Part shown: positions 1 to 13,974 of the stretch, piece after piece | Layout: every line of letters begins with the position of its first letter | Numbering within the stretch: the stretch's first letter is position 1 | Assembly (NCBI RefSeq): GCF_009914755.1 | Contig: NC_060927.1 | DNA length: 64,000 nt | From: the human T2T-CHM13v2.0 reference genome, Homo sapiens | Reading direction: 5' to 3' (one strand) | Translations under genes and position numbers: made by a program | The notes under the pieces: model-generated | Told to the model about the DNA's origin: nothing | Databases searched by the model: none | What the model saw: the letters and a program-made list of their open reading frames with translations, nothing else

Positions 1-967
1 GCTAGCTCAGGATAATTTATCATCTACTTGCCCTGGAAGGCAGAAGGCAATTGCCTCAATCATGTCCAATTCTCTTGACTTTGCCTATTCCTGTTGATCA
101 GCACTTAGCATGTCATTTCATGGAGAGAGTTTTTTCCCCTCTTTTGTTTCTTCTTTTGAAAGCCCTTGTTTCCTCTAGACAGAATATGTAACCAGAGTTT
201 TTTCCTGGAGTGTTCTTTTGAATACACATTTCCAGACAGTATGTTCAACATATTAAAGCTTTCCACCCTCAGATGGTGCTCATCATCAGCATGTCTTTTC
301 CATCAAATGTGCCCCTCCTCCTAATCCAGTGACCTTTTCTGTTCTGGTTGATATCTTCTTAATAACTTTCTTCTTGATGGCTTCCGTCTTGCATTCAGTA
401 GTTCAAATCCTGTCACCTCACAGGTTTACTCCTTAAATATACTGATAGCCACGGTGTCGGGGGACCCGTGAAGAGTTTTGCTTACATAACAGAGTTTGTC
501 TACTCCTCAGAAATCCCAACAGAAAGGAAGTTTTGTAATCAGTATATTGTAGAAAAATGAATAAACAACTCTTGAGACGATTACCCAGGAGAAAGAAGGA
601 TATTCAGATGAGAATGGGAGTGACAGTTAAAAAAGAGACTGCAGCTATTATTGCTAAATAACATTATAGAAGAGCTCCTTTTGTGGCAGAATCCTGTTAT
701 GGGCTGGGACTTGAGCTAGAAAGTAGAAAGAGGCTGGTCATATGTTGGGTATGGAAAACCAAGTATGGGGAAGCTCGGTCTTGGATCACATTCTTCAGCA
801 TCAAGATGCGTGAGAAATGCACAACCTGTGCAAATACTTAAATGAAATTATTATTGCTGACTGCCGTTCATGCTTCCTCTACCACTCAAATTTATAAAGC
901 CCTCTGGAGTCAAGATACCGTCAGCCTCTCTCCTTTGAAATTTGGGGTGGAAAAGAATGAGAGGATA

Positions 968-1680
<713 letters not shown>

Positions 1681-2689
1681 TACATCAAGTAATCCGTTTC
1701 TGTTTTATTAAAGGAGAATACATTATAGGGATTACATATGCAGTGGAGAGCTATTAGGGGCACTACAAACAAACCTTATCTGCATAGTCGGTGATCTCTT
1801 TGCTTGAACTTCTGCTACTTAGTGTCTTTGTTAGTGAATGTATTTGTCCTCTGATTCTCCAGTCCGAAGGTCCACCCGTCCGCTTGATGCCTGTTGCTCA
1901 GAATTACTGACTCCACAGTGGGGCAGATCACAAGCACCCCCCACAACCAGATCCACTTTTCCAGCTGCGGAGGCAGCAACCCTTGCTTTGAGGGCCTCCT
2001 TTTAACTATAAAAAAAAGGTGTGATTTTATCCAGATCTGTGGTCTGACTTTTCAGATCTCTCTGAGTTAGTTTTGCCAATTTTGCTCACTACAAAAGCTT
2101 CCAAAAAGGCATAGCCTATGCAGAATCTCAGTCTTACAAAGGAAAATGTTGATGCCATGTTATCAGAGGGTGTTGTTATATGTGGCACCCCCAATAATTA
2201 GAACATAGGACATATAATTATGGCAGCTCTGAGCTGTCTGGGTTGAGAGACACTTCAGAATTTAATTAGCCAAAGGCAATAATAATAAGATATAAGATGT
2301 AGTCAGTATCCTTCAAATGCTAGAAATTGAGCTGCCCTTAAAACAGGAAGGATTAAGGTAAAATACTGGCATGGTAGCATTGCACTGCAGAATAATGGCA
2401 ATTTTAAAATCTAAGGTGATTTTAACATTATGATTGTTTTCAAATTATTGCAATTTTTGGCTGTCTGATTTCCTTGTTAACTCAGGGTGGGTAGGGACTG
2501 TCCCTCTCTTGTTCATGCTGTGCCTGGCATCTGAAGTAACATTCAGTAAATCTTTTTGAATGGATGAAGGATGAAGGCAATGAACAGATTTAATTCATCT
2601 ATATCAGGGCTTGAAAAGTAGCTTATTGCCTTTGTCATACAGGCATGGGGGGGGGTGTGTGTGTTGTTTTTGTTTTTGTTTTTTTACCT

Positions 2690-3230
<541 letters not shown>

Positions 3231-3805
3231 ATCTGGAAATTGTTAACTTTTTAAACTTTAAATTGCATCTTGTGCTCATGCATATCATATTTTAAATACA
3301 GAAAAATGATTAAAATTTTTTCAGGCATGTGCATTGTGTATCAAACTGATAATGTGTTTTAAAATCTTTTAGTTATCTACTTGCCCCATGACTTGTAAAA
3401 TGAATTAGGCTGGGCGCTGGTTCATGTTGCTTTGTAGAAGGATTTCAACTTTACCTCTTACATGTTAGGACCCGTGTGGGTTTTTTTGTTTTGTTTTGTT
3501 TTTTGGCTTTTAGTTTTTAGGATTTGAGGCCCCCAATAAGTGCCGCATGGAACATTCACTAAAGCATAGACAGGCCAAAAGAAACAATCCTATTCCTTAG
3601 TTTTACTGTTTACAGTCTAGTTAGGAGACATTAAACACAGATGCAAGGTAAAAGCAGTCCAAGCGCAGAGATGCAAATACTTGTGTTTATATTCTTTTTT
3701 ACAGTTTCCAAGAATTGAGTCTTTAAGTATTTATTGAAAGAGTTGTTTTTAAGGGTAAACTTTTCCTGGTATTACCTAGATGAGGAATTTTTATTTAAAG
3801 CATTT

Positions 3806-3946
<141 letters not shown>

Positions 3947-4119
3947 TAAAGCATTTCCATATTAACTTTTAAAGACATAAGATTAAATTGGATAGATTTC
4001 CAAACTCTGATTTCTCCTTTTCTTGTTTTGAAAATGTGTATTTGTCATGTTGAATGTGATGTGATAGCTACTGATGTATCTCATAGTACAGTAAAAGTAG
4101 TCTATAAACACAGGAAGAA

Positions 4120-4183
4120 AAGATGAGACACTTCTGCATCCAGAATGTGTTAAGACGAGACACTTCTGCATCCAGAATATGTT
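4120..4183 (+). repeat. 32-bp tandem duplication, 2 copies, 30/32 identical
   Basis: aagatgagacacttctgcatccagaatgtgtt / aagacgagacacttctgcatccagaatatgtt. Confidence 0.92.
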
Positions 4184-5130
4184 TGCACATAATCGTTTTC
4201 ATGTAGGCAGACTCTTTTCTTTTTTAGTCCAAATGATTGATTTAAACATATGACTATATAAAATATATGCGTTACACTCCAAACATGACAGTAGTAAGCA
4301 AGCTGCGTAAAATTCGTAACATTAATCTCCAAGTTCCAAATGCAGATACTCATTCTCGTTCTTTTTTTTTTCTCTCTCGTACATTTCCAAATGCAAAAAT
4401 AAACAGCCTGCCAAGGAGCCAGTTGCTGAAGTGCTGTAGTGTTTTATCTAGGTAATCTTGGATTTAGCTGCCTTTAGATTATATTTGTTCCCTCATTTAA
4501 ATTGGCATTGGCCAGAACTAGATGCCTCTTAGTCATTTTCTGGTCAGCTTTAATGTTACAATAACTTGAAGCTAGACATGGTGGGTCCCCAGAAGAAACA
4601 TTATGCATGTGCTGCTTTAGTGTTAATGCCTACATTGGTATTTCTTCCCTGCCCTGGGCCTTTTTCCTTAACAGGTGACCATCAGATCAGATCATCTGTT
4701 GAGAGGGAATGTGTTTTACCTGAGCAGCAGGTGTGTTCAGCACTTTGATGAACAAGAATAATTTGGCCCTCCCTTCCTGGGTCTTCTCTTTCCTGCCCCT
4801 TCCTTGCTCCTTACAGCATAGTAGACAAGCATTTGAATAAAATGGACAGTCTGCATTTAGCAAATTACCCTTCCAAGGGCTTCTGCTTTGCAAATAATTG
4901 GGCAGTTAAGTGGAGACAGCAAAGATCCAGAGGTAATTGTGGTCTAGTTTTGGGTGCAGGTTGACTAGAAAGTATATCAGTAAACTTGTTACTAAGGTTC
5001 CATTTCTGTTGTTTAAAAAAATGCAAATCAGTTCTTGTTAGCCACACCTTAGATTTGAAGGGACATGGACTTGTGTTATTGACCAATTATGTTACATGAC
5101 TTTTAGTTTTCAGGAAGGGTCATTAATATG

Positions 5131-5417
5131 TTTTGTTTTTGAGACTCACTCTGTTCCCCAGGCTGTAGTACAGTGATACAGTCCCAGCTCACTGCAGCCT
5201 CAACCTTCTGGGCTCAAGCTATCCTCTCACCTCAGCCTCCTGAGTAGCTGGGACTATAGGCATGCACCAGCATGGCCTGGCTACTTATTTTTATTTTTTG
5301 TAGAGATAGTCCCCTTATGTTGCCCAAGCTGGTCTCAAACTCCTGGTTTCAAGCCATCGTCCTGCCTAGACCTCCCAAAATGTGGGATTACACAGGTGTG
5401 ACCCTCTGTGCCAGGCC
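5131..5417 (-). mobile_element. AluJ
   Basis: Diverged dimer with J-type gctcactgcagcctcaacc..gggctcaag. Confidence 0.85.
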
Positions 5418-5470
5418 TTAACCAAACCTTTTGTTGTTGTTGTTATATTCATGCAATCAGAAGTTGATAA

Positions 5471-5522
5471 TTTTTTTTTTTTTGAGTTGGGGTCTCATCT
5501 TGTCACCCAGGCTGGAATATGG
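5471..5522 (-). mobile_element. Short Alu 3'-end fragment
   Basis: T run followed by gagttggggtctcatcttgtcacccaggctgga. Confidence 0.6.
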
Positions 5523-6129
5523 TAAAATGTTTTTGTGTTTTCTAAGCAGTAGTCAGAAACATTAATCACTGAGCATGTTACTGTCTCAGAAGTTTCTTTG
5601 GTCTTTATATTGGAGTGTTGAGTTGTCATTCTAGTTCAAGGGAGAAGCTGTGACATACAGAAGGATGTGCTTTAATTAATGATGTTGTTTGGTAGTTAAA
5701 TAGGCCACAGTAATGCAGCTAATTTTTAATTTTTGTTTTATATTGCCAGAATGGATCTGTTTAGAACCCATTTAAACTCTTATCACCTTGGCAAAAAAGT
5801 CACATGGAAAACATCTATATAGAATGGCTATTTCTTTATAATTTACTTGATGGCTTTAGTTATGACTGAATGTAAAACTATAATATAAAATATTAATAAG
5901 AATTACAAATGAATGGCATCCATATTTTTCTCTTAGGGTTTGTGATAGGAAATCAGATACTAGGTTTATCTATATGAATAATATCTGTCTGTTTTCAGGA
6001 CACAGGGAATCAATTGATGGTGGAGTTGGGTGTTAGGAGACATTATCCTTTCATAGATCGGTGTCCACATCCAGCTTACTTCCCACGGTCTCTTGCTTTC
6101 TCATTTTTAAAGTGGTTTACTCGGGATGA

Positions 6130-6470
<341 letters not shown>

Positions 6471-6934
6471 AATCTTGGAACTTTAAAGAGCCTCCATTAA
6501 CAAGGCAGAAAGATAAGTGTCACACCAGGTGTGAATGCTGTCTTTGGAGGGGGACAGTGACTCATTTTCTAACAATTACTCTTAAACCTAGAGGGAAATG
6601 TAGGACAAAAGATGCTGTAAGGTTGACTCTTCCAGAGATTTCCATACCTTAGCAATCTAAAAACTGTATGAAAGGTCAGAGTTAGGACTTTGAAAGAATG
6701 CTAAGTGTTAATTTTTGGCATTTACCTCAAACTTAAGTGCTACTTTGGAAGCCTGCTGATTACTAGAATGCTTTTAGTCTCAATCCAATCTCAACTTTTA
6801 CTTGAGTGGTTATCTGTGGACACTAAGTTAAAATTGTTGGAAACAGTGGCTTTTAGTGGATATTTTTATCTCTTTCTTCCTGCCGAGGTGGAGGGAAGGA
6901 TTAGTGACTATTGGGGAGGGCTTACGAGGTGCTG

Positions 6935-7100
6935 GGGCTGGTGCTGAGCCCTTACACACATTATTTCATCCAGTAATTACACACGCTGTAAGGCGGCAGT
7001 CATCTTTATAGACAAAACCCGAGGCGAGAAAGGTTGAGTATTTGCAACTGGCAAATCACAGAGCTGGAATTTGAACCCACTTATCTCCTCTTCCAAAACT
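6935..7100 (-). mobile_element. MIR
   Basis: cattatttcatcc..tttatagacaaaacccgagg..agagctggaatttgaaccc MIR core. Confidence 0.55.
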
Positions 7101-7273
7101 CAGATCCTACCTTCTGGGAAAGGTGGAGCTGCCTGGCTTGGACTCACCTCTCTTAGTCTTGTTCAGGTAAACAGCTGGGGAGCGAGATGGGACTTGGTTT
7201 TTGCACAGTAGTAAATTGTAAACTTTATAGAGGCCATTCCTCTTCATTATCTTACATGATCTCCACATTAACT

Positions 7274-7287
7274 CCAGAAGGTGGCAG
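7274..7287 (+). promoter_or_regulatory. CTCF-like core motif
   Basis: CCAGAAGGTGGCAG, one mismatch to CCASYAGRKGGCRS. Confidence 0.4.
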
Positions 7288-9444
7288 TGCCTCTGGCTCC
7301 CCAGCTTCTGAAAATTGAGGACTAAGCAGCAGTGGTAGTGTCGGAAGGCCTGGAGGTCAGGCTTGTGTTTGCAAAAGGAGCTGGGAGTGAAATCTTCCGA
7401 AGCCCCAGTCCGGGTCACAGCAGCGGCTCCCTTTTTTCCTTAGGGAATGGTTCTTTTCTTGAGATTGGCAATAGGAGGGCTGCTCCCTCCCGGGTCAGCA
7501 GTTGCTGAGAGATGGTGGTGGCCAGAGAAGGGTAGTAGACGGTAGTAGTAGGTAGAGATAGTAGAGGTAGTAGAGGTTCCTCCCCCGTGGGAGTCTCACC
7601 CTGGAGTTAGGAGAGGGCCTTTTGCCTACCTTTTCTTCCCAAACCCCGTCCTTCATTTCCATTAAAAAATTGCATCACCCTAGATGCAGCTTTGAGACTA
7701 AAGAAATTTAAAACCTTGTAAGATTTGAACACATTAGGTGGTTTTTCATTCTGAGTTTACAGAGTAATGCCAGAATAAAAGAAACAAAGTGTATCCTTCA
7801 AAAGGAAAGAAAATGGCCACTTCGCGTCACAGGTATTTCTTAAATCTCTCGCTTCTACTTTTCCTGTTTTCTAAGGGGAATACAGAATTAAGTGTTACGC
7901 AGATTTTTACTATGAGCAGTGATACCGTACCGGGTTGCTCATGAGTTCCTCGTTTTCTTTGTTTTAGGTTGATGAAGGACTGCTTGGACTTTGACTCTCC
8001 TGAAGATGTTAATTATATGTTTCAAAAATCATGTGTTCTGCTAAAAATCACTTATGCATAGCCTTGGAAAAAGAACTGGAGGCAGGGAGTTGCTTCAGGG
8101 TGCAGAATATCGTTTCGGAGGCCTTGGGAAATAAATCTTGAGTTAGTTCATTTACCACCAAGACATATTTAGTCACTGTATATAAACAAAAGAAGTCACA
8201 GTGTGCCTGGACATTATTTGTCCCAGATGGAGTTTCAACTTGGCTCATTATACTGCACTGATGTCATGGTACATAAACTGGCTCCGAATTCAACGTGCAT
8301 AGAATCGGCTGTGTGCTTGTATGTGCTGAGGGTGTGCGGGAGGAGGGGCGGGGCTGGCTGGAAAATCTTTGTCACATTTTTCCTTTGCTCTCTGTAGAGG
8401 CTAGTGTCAGTCTTGAATTTGGACTTGGTGCAGAATGAGAGAAGAATTGGAATAATCTGTTCATGTGTACAAGTCAGTGTGTGTATGTCCTCAAAGCTGT
8501 AGTTCTTCCAAGACCAAGAATCTAAGTGTGCCTGGCTTTCCAACAGTTGCTTAACAAAGCTCTAGTAACTCAAATCTAGAAAGGAAAATCTTAAAAGCAT
8601 TACATTTTAAAAGAGCATTTTTAGTGTGTTTGCCTTGAAGTCTTAAATCTGGACAGCTTCTTTCAACTTTGTAATGGTCTTAAGTATCCAGCTGTAAAAT
8701 TCTGTTTTCCTGGATTGTATGGTGGACAACGTCTCAAACTAGTTGCTTAAAAGTATATAAAAAGGTGGCCGAATTTAATTCTTCCTGTGTGCTTTGAGAG
8801 GGCAGCTTGTGGGTCAGAAAACTGAGCCGGAGAGGGTCCTTTCCTGGACTTCTGAGCCCTTAATAGGAAATTTCCACATACTGTGGTGTTACTTTATTAC
8901 TTTTTATTGCTGGCTTTTGTTATGATAATCTTAATTAGAAGCATTTCCAAGTAATTCAAACCATTTTGTAGATGTAAAGGGCTTAGATTTCAGAACTTCT
9001 GTGAATGGATTCCTATAGGAGTCACTCTTGTTGCCGGGACACACAGAAGCTGAGCAGACACTGGAATGTGAATGCTTTGGGAGGTGAGCCCTTAAGGAGA
9101 GCCCAAATGTTTACCAAAGAGAAAATCTGGTCAGAGGTGAGAAGTGGCTGGTTTTAGATTTTATCGAGAGCATGAAACATGGCAGATTTGGTAAAAAATT
9201 TTTCTTGAGACTGTAATTTTACTTAACTGAGAGACTTGTTACTGGTAGGAATTTGAAGAAAAAGAAGTTGGGGGTAGAAGGCTCTGCTTCAGGGAGGAAC
9301 ACATATTTCCTAGAAGAGAACTTGTCCTGCCTTTGGGGATGTTCCTTTGACCCAGTTAACTGCATTCTCTTATTTTAGCAGTCTTGTTGAATTATCTCTG
9401 TATTGAATTGACATGGTGAAACCACGCCTAGTAGAGGGGAGAAG

Positions 9445-9630
9445 TGGTGGTGTGGACTAGACGAGTATACATTTTGGTCAGACATGGCTGGATTCCAGTC
9501 ACTTTGTAGTTTTGTGACCTTGGAAAAGTTGCTTGTCTTCTTCAAGCCTCAGTTTCCCCACTTGTAAAATCTAGTTACTATCTACCTGGCAGATGACAGG
9601 GATTCAATAAGTAGTAGCTGTTTCTTAATC
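9445..9630 (+). mobile_element. MIR
   Basis: tgtgaccttgg..aagcctcagtttcccc..tgtaaaat core. Confidence 0.6.
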
Positions 9631-9727
9631 ATTGTAGAAAAAAACCTGGAAAAAGGAGTTGATAAAGTACCCTGCATCATGCCAAATTAATCTTACAGAC
9701 ACATGTGATATTGAGGATACAGCTTTT

Positions 9728-10035
9728 TTTTAAACAAAGAACAGCACATTTTTATTTTTAAGTTTTATTTATTATTATTTTGAGACAGTCTCACTGTGTT
9801 GCCCAGGCTGGAGTGCCATGGCAACTGCTGCCTCCCGAGTTCAAGCGATTCTCATGCCTCAGCCTCCAGAGTAGCTGAGACTACAGGCACCCACCATTAC
9901 CCCCGGCTAATTTTTGTATTTTTAGTAGAGACAGGGTGTTGGTCAGGCTGGTCTCTAACTCCTGATGTCAAGTGATCCATCTGCCTCAGCTTCCCAAAGT
10001 GCTGGGATTATAGGCGTGAGCCACCACACCCGGCC
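9728..10035 (-). mobile_element. AluS with internal deletions and extra 3' sequence inside the TSDs
   Basis: Alu body at 9781-10035. 15-bp TSD gaggatacagctttt at 9713-9727 and 10036-10050. Confidence 0.88.
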
Positions 10036-10634
10036 GAGGATACAGCTTTTGAACCTTCTATTCTTTGAAGAAAACAGTATTAAAACTTTTGGAGTAGTGG
10101 ATATTCTTGCTCCTTATTTTGCATAGTAAGAGTCCTAAAGCCCAGGAAAACATATTTGCCATGTATCCTACGGGTTGTGTTGAGCAAGGGGAGCTTCACC
10201 TACAATGTGTACCCTTGGACCTTGAGTTCCCAGTGTTTGCTTAGGTCCCCTTGGAGGCTTCCTGTTATTGTATATTATTTTTCAATCAGCTTTGGATTCA
10301 GGCTTCAGGTAGGGCAGTGAGCAAAATGAGGCAATGGACACATTCACATCTTCTTCCAGGATCTTTCTAGTTTACTTGCTTATGTTTTTAATCCTGGGAC
10401 ATTTTCTTTGCATGTGTTATTACCACAAAGATAAATATTTGGCATTCGCACCCCATCGCTTCCCTTTTCCTGATTTGGAGAAAAGAGGGGGCTCAAAACA
10501 CAAATACTGCTTACTTTTCAGTTTTGCCTGAGGCCAGCTGTGTTCTATGGCACACAGACTGGGGTCTCAAAGGTGTGTGTGGATGAACAGTTTGGGTATG
10601 GGGGCCTGGGAAGAGCTTGGAGATTGGGAATCTT

Positions 10635-10664
10635 GGGGGTGGGGCTGGGGAGTGGGGAGTTGGG
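10635..10664 (+). other. G-quadruplex-forming motif
   Basis: G5-T-G4-CT-G4-AGT-G4-AGTT-G3. Confidence 0.6.
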
Positions 10665-11055
10665 AGTATGTGTGACCAGAAAATAGTAGCATGAGGAATA
10701 GGTGGTAGTACTCTTCTCATGTAGTCAAAGGTCACTTTTGAAGTTATTAGGTATTCCTGGCTAGAATCCTTAGTTGCGTGGAACTCCTCTGCAGCTTTTA
10801 GATTGTATCATTTTCCCCCTTAAAGATACCTGTTGGATAATCATAAATGTGGGCTCCAAGGGAGAAGTATTCATTTATACATGAAAACAAGCTACACAAA
10901 GTGTGGCCAGTGGAAAAAACTCTAGAAGTGAAATGGGATCTCCTCTCTGGTATGGTTTATATCTTGATTGTCTGAGGGTTGGATTTAACGCTTAAAAATG
11001 CTGCAAGTGTACTATTTTGTCTTTGGTCAGTTGGTACTCTTCTCCCAGGAGGAGC

Positions 11056-11350
11056 TTTTTTTTGGGAGACAGTCTTGCTCTGTTGTCCGGGCTGGAGTGC
11101 AGTTGGCACCGTCACGGTTTGCTACAGCCTCGACCTCCTGGGCTCACGCGATCCTCCTGCCTCACCCTCCTGAGTTGCTAGAACTACAGGAATGCACCAC
11201 CATGTCCGGCTAATTTTTACAATTATTTTTGTAGATATGGAGTCTCACTATGTTGCTGGGGTTGGTCTGGAACTCCTGGTCTCAAGTGATTCTCCCCGTC
11301 TCAGCCTCCCAAAGCACTGGAATTACAGGCATGAGCCTCTGTACCTGGCC
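11056..11350 (-). mobile_element. AluJ
   Basis: Diverged dimer. Partial TSD agctttttt. Confidence 0.85.
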
Positions 11351-12782
11351 AGAAGCTTTTTTGATGGACTGATCCATTACCCTGATTGCTTATTTGAGTG
11401 ACTGGTAATTTTTTTATTTGAGGCATAAATTAGACATTTGCCTCCAGGAGTAGTCTTAGATACTATTGGCACCTGGTTAATCAACCACCCAAGGTTTAAA
11501 TTGCAAAAGTAGCCTCCCTTTTCCTCTTTTAATGAGTATAAAACAGAGTTAGTTTTAGATTTATACCTGTAAAGGAAAGATATTACACCTTCTTTCAGTT
11601 CTCCTGTTAGACAAAGAATTCCCATGATGCTGTGTTTACTCAATTGTATTAATTGCAACTCTTGTTTTATTGTTTCTCTGGACTTTGGAAGAGTGGTCAC
11701 TTATTTTTCATTAAACTTTGATAAACTGCCTTCTGTTTATTTCCAGCTTCTTGGTTCATGTAACACTAACGGTTTTGAAACAGATCTGATGAAGCAATAG
11801 TAGCTTAGAGGATGCTCCCATGATTTGATTAGCATGGTTCTTCTTAAGATCTCTGGAGAAAAAAAATATCTAGTTAAAATCTTTGTCTTTTTTTTTCTTC
11901 CTCTGAAGACATGGTGCAGTATGAATCAGTTTAATGCTGACTTTGGAAAAGTAGGAAATGCTTAGTGAGTAGACAAAAAATGATGTGGTTTGGACAGCGA
12001 TGTTCTGTATCGCATTTTATATTAAGGAGGACTTGTAGCAGTTATTATATTTCTGCTTTGTGGTTGGGGAGAGGGAGGGAGGGAGGGGGAGAGAGAGAAA
12101 TTGCCCAACTTGTATGATAGGAAAGGTTAAGTGCCGGGAGTTGGCCAGGTTGTGACTCATGCTCCTCGGGGCTGCGTGATGCAAGACCTTTTGCCGCCAG
12201 CTCATTCATGTCTGCTGTCAGGACCGGTCATTGGGCTGGTGTGTGTCAAACTTATTTTTATCTCTGCTTTATTGACAATGAAAACAGCTAGGTGGTCAGC
12301 CTCCCTCAGTATAATAAAATGCTTTCTTTTAAAATACCTCAGTGCCAAGATGAATATGGTTTGTTTAAATAATGACTTCTGCTCTACTGAGAAAAATTGA
12401 TATTGGGACACAGGAGACTTGCCTGGTTTCTGAGGTAACTTGGTAGATTATAATCTGGTTGCTATGGCTACTCAGCAGCAGTGAAAATTACATGAACTAA
12501 ACATTTGAAGGGAGGTATTTTCGTCGGATGCTTAAAAGCCCGTTACCTATCATCTTTCTCCCTGAAGAAGTGGGATGGGGGTCAGGAATTGAACTCAGTA
12601 AGCAGGGGGGGAAGGTATAAGTGGACCTTAGAGGCTGGATGCCTCTGCGTCGTTCTTTGAAGTTTGGCCTGGTGTCAGTGACCACTGAGGAACTGTTACA
12701 GACACTTTTTGTGCAATATGATAAGCAGATAATGTGACGACAGTCCGGACATGTCCCAATTCAGAAATCCGTTTTCTTGCCT

Positions 12783-12792
12783 GGGACTTTCC
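12783..12792 (+). promoter_or_regulatory. Canonical NF-kB site
   Basis: GGGACTTTCC, an exact match to the classical Ig-kappa kB element. Confidence 0.4.
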
Positions 12793-13150
12793 GTAATACT
12801 GGTGAATTGTATTTTCTGAACCGGTATTCAGGGCACATTGTCTGACAATTATGAGCGTGGTAGAAGAGAGTATATGAATTTGGGATTGTCAGAGAAAATC
12901 TAGGACATAGAGTCTTGGCATCCATTGGTTCCCCCCTCCCCCAGCTAATTAATTCCATGGGCATATATTACAGTTCTATCCCTAGAGCTTTAAACACAAA
13001 GCAAATGGTTTTTGCTTTATTACAGTGATGCTAGAATTGGTCTAAGGACCTTTAAAAAGACATGGATAATTGTCTGTATTGAAGTGTGATTTTCTTCCAT
13101 TGTAGTTTTTATATTGTATATTTATGTAAAAATAAATGATTTTCATGTTA

Positions 13151-13576
<426 letters not shown>

Positions 13577-13974
13577 TTAAATACTGAAAACTCAAAGATT
13601 ATCTACAGTTATTATATAGGAAAAATAAATTGCCTTGAAATAACTGTCATAATTCAAGATAATGAGAAGCACCAAGGGTGAAGCTTAGTCTGAGTTTCCC
13701 TGAATGACCCTGTTTTTTCCAGGTAATGTATTTTCTGATTTAAAAAAATTTAGTATTCCAGCAGTATCATCTGGATGAATTATTAGAAGAGGCAAAATAC
13801 ATGGATATTAAAGATTGAGTATTTAAAGATGAAATGGTTTTGATTTCAAAAGTTTTACAAAACAAATTATAGTGTATACAGTAAATAAAGTTGACTTTTA
13901 AATTGCATCTTATGAAAGCTTAATTTCTAAGCTGAGATAATTATTTGCAATAGTTTTTTTTTTAATGTTTTATG

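Noticed and set aside
12737-12756. Full p53 response element
   Set aside because: Only one half-site is perfect. The adjacent decamer lacks CWWG.
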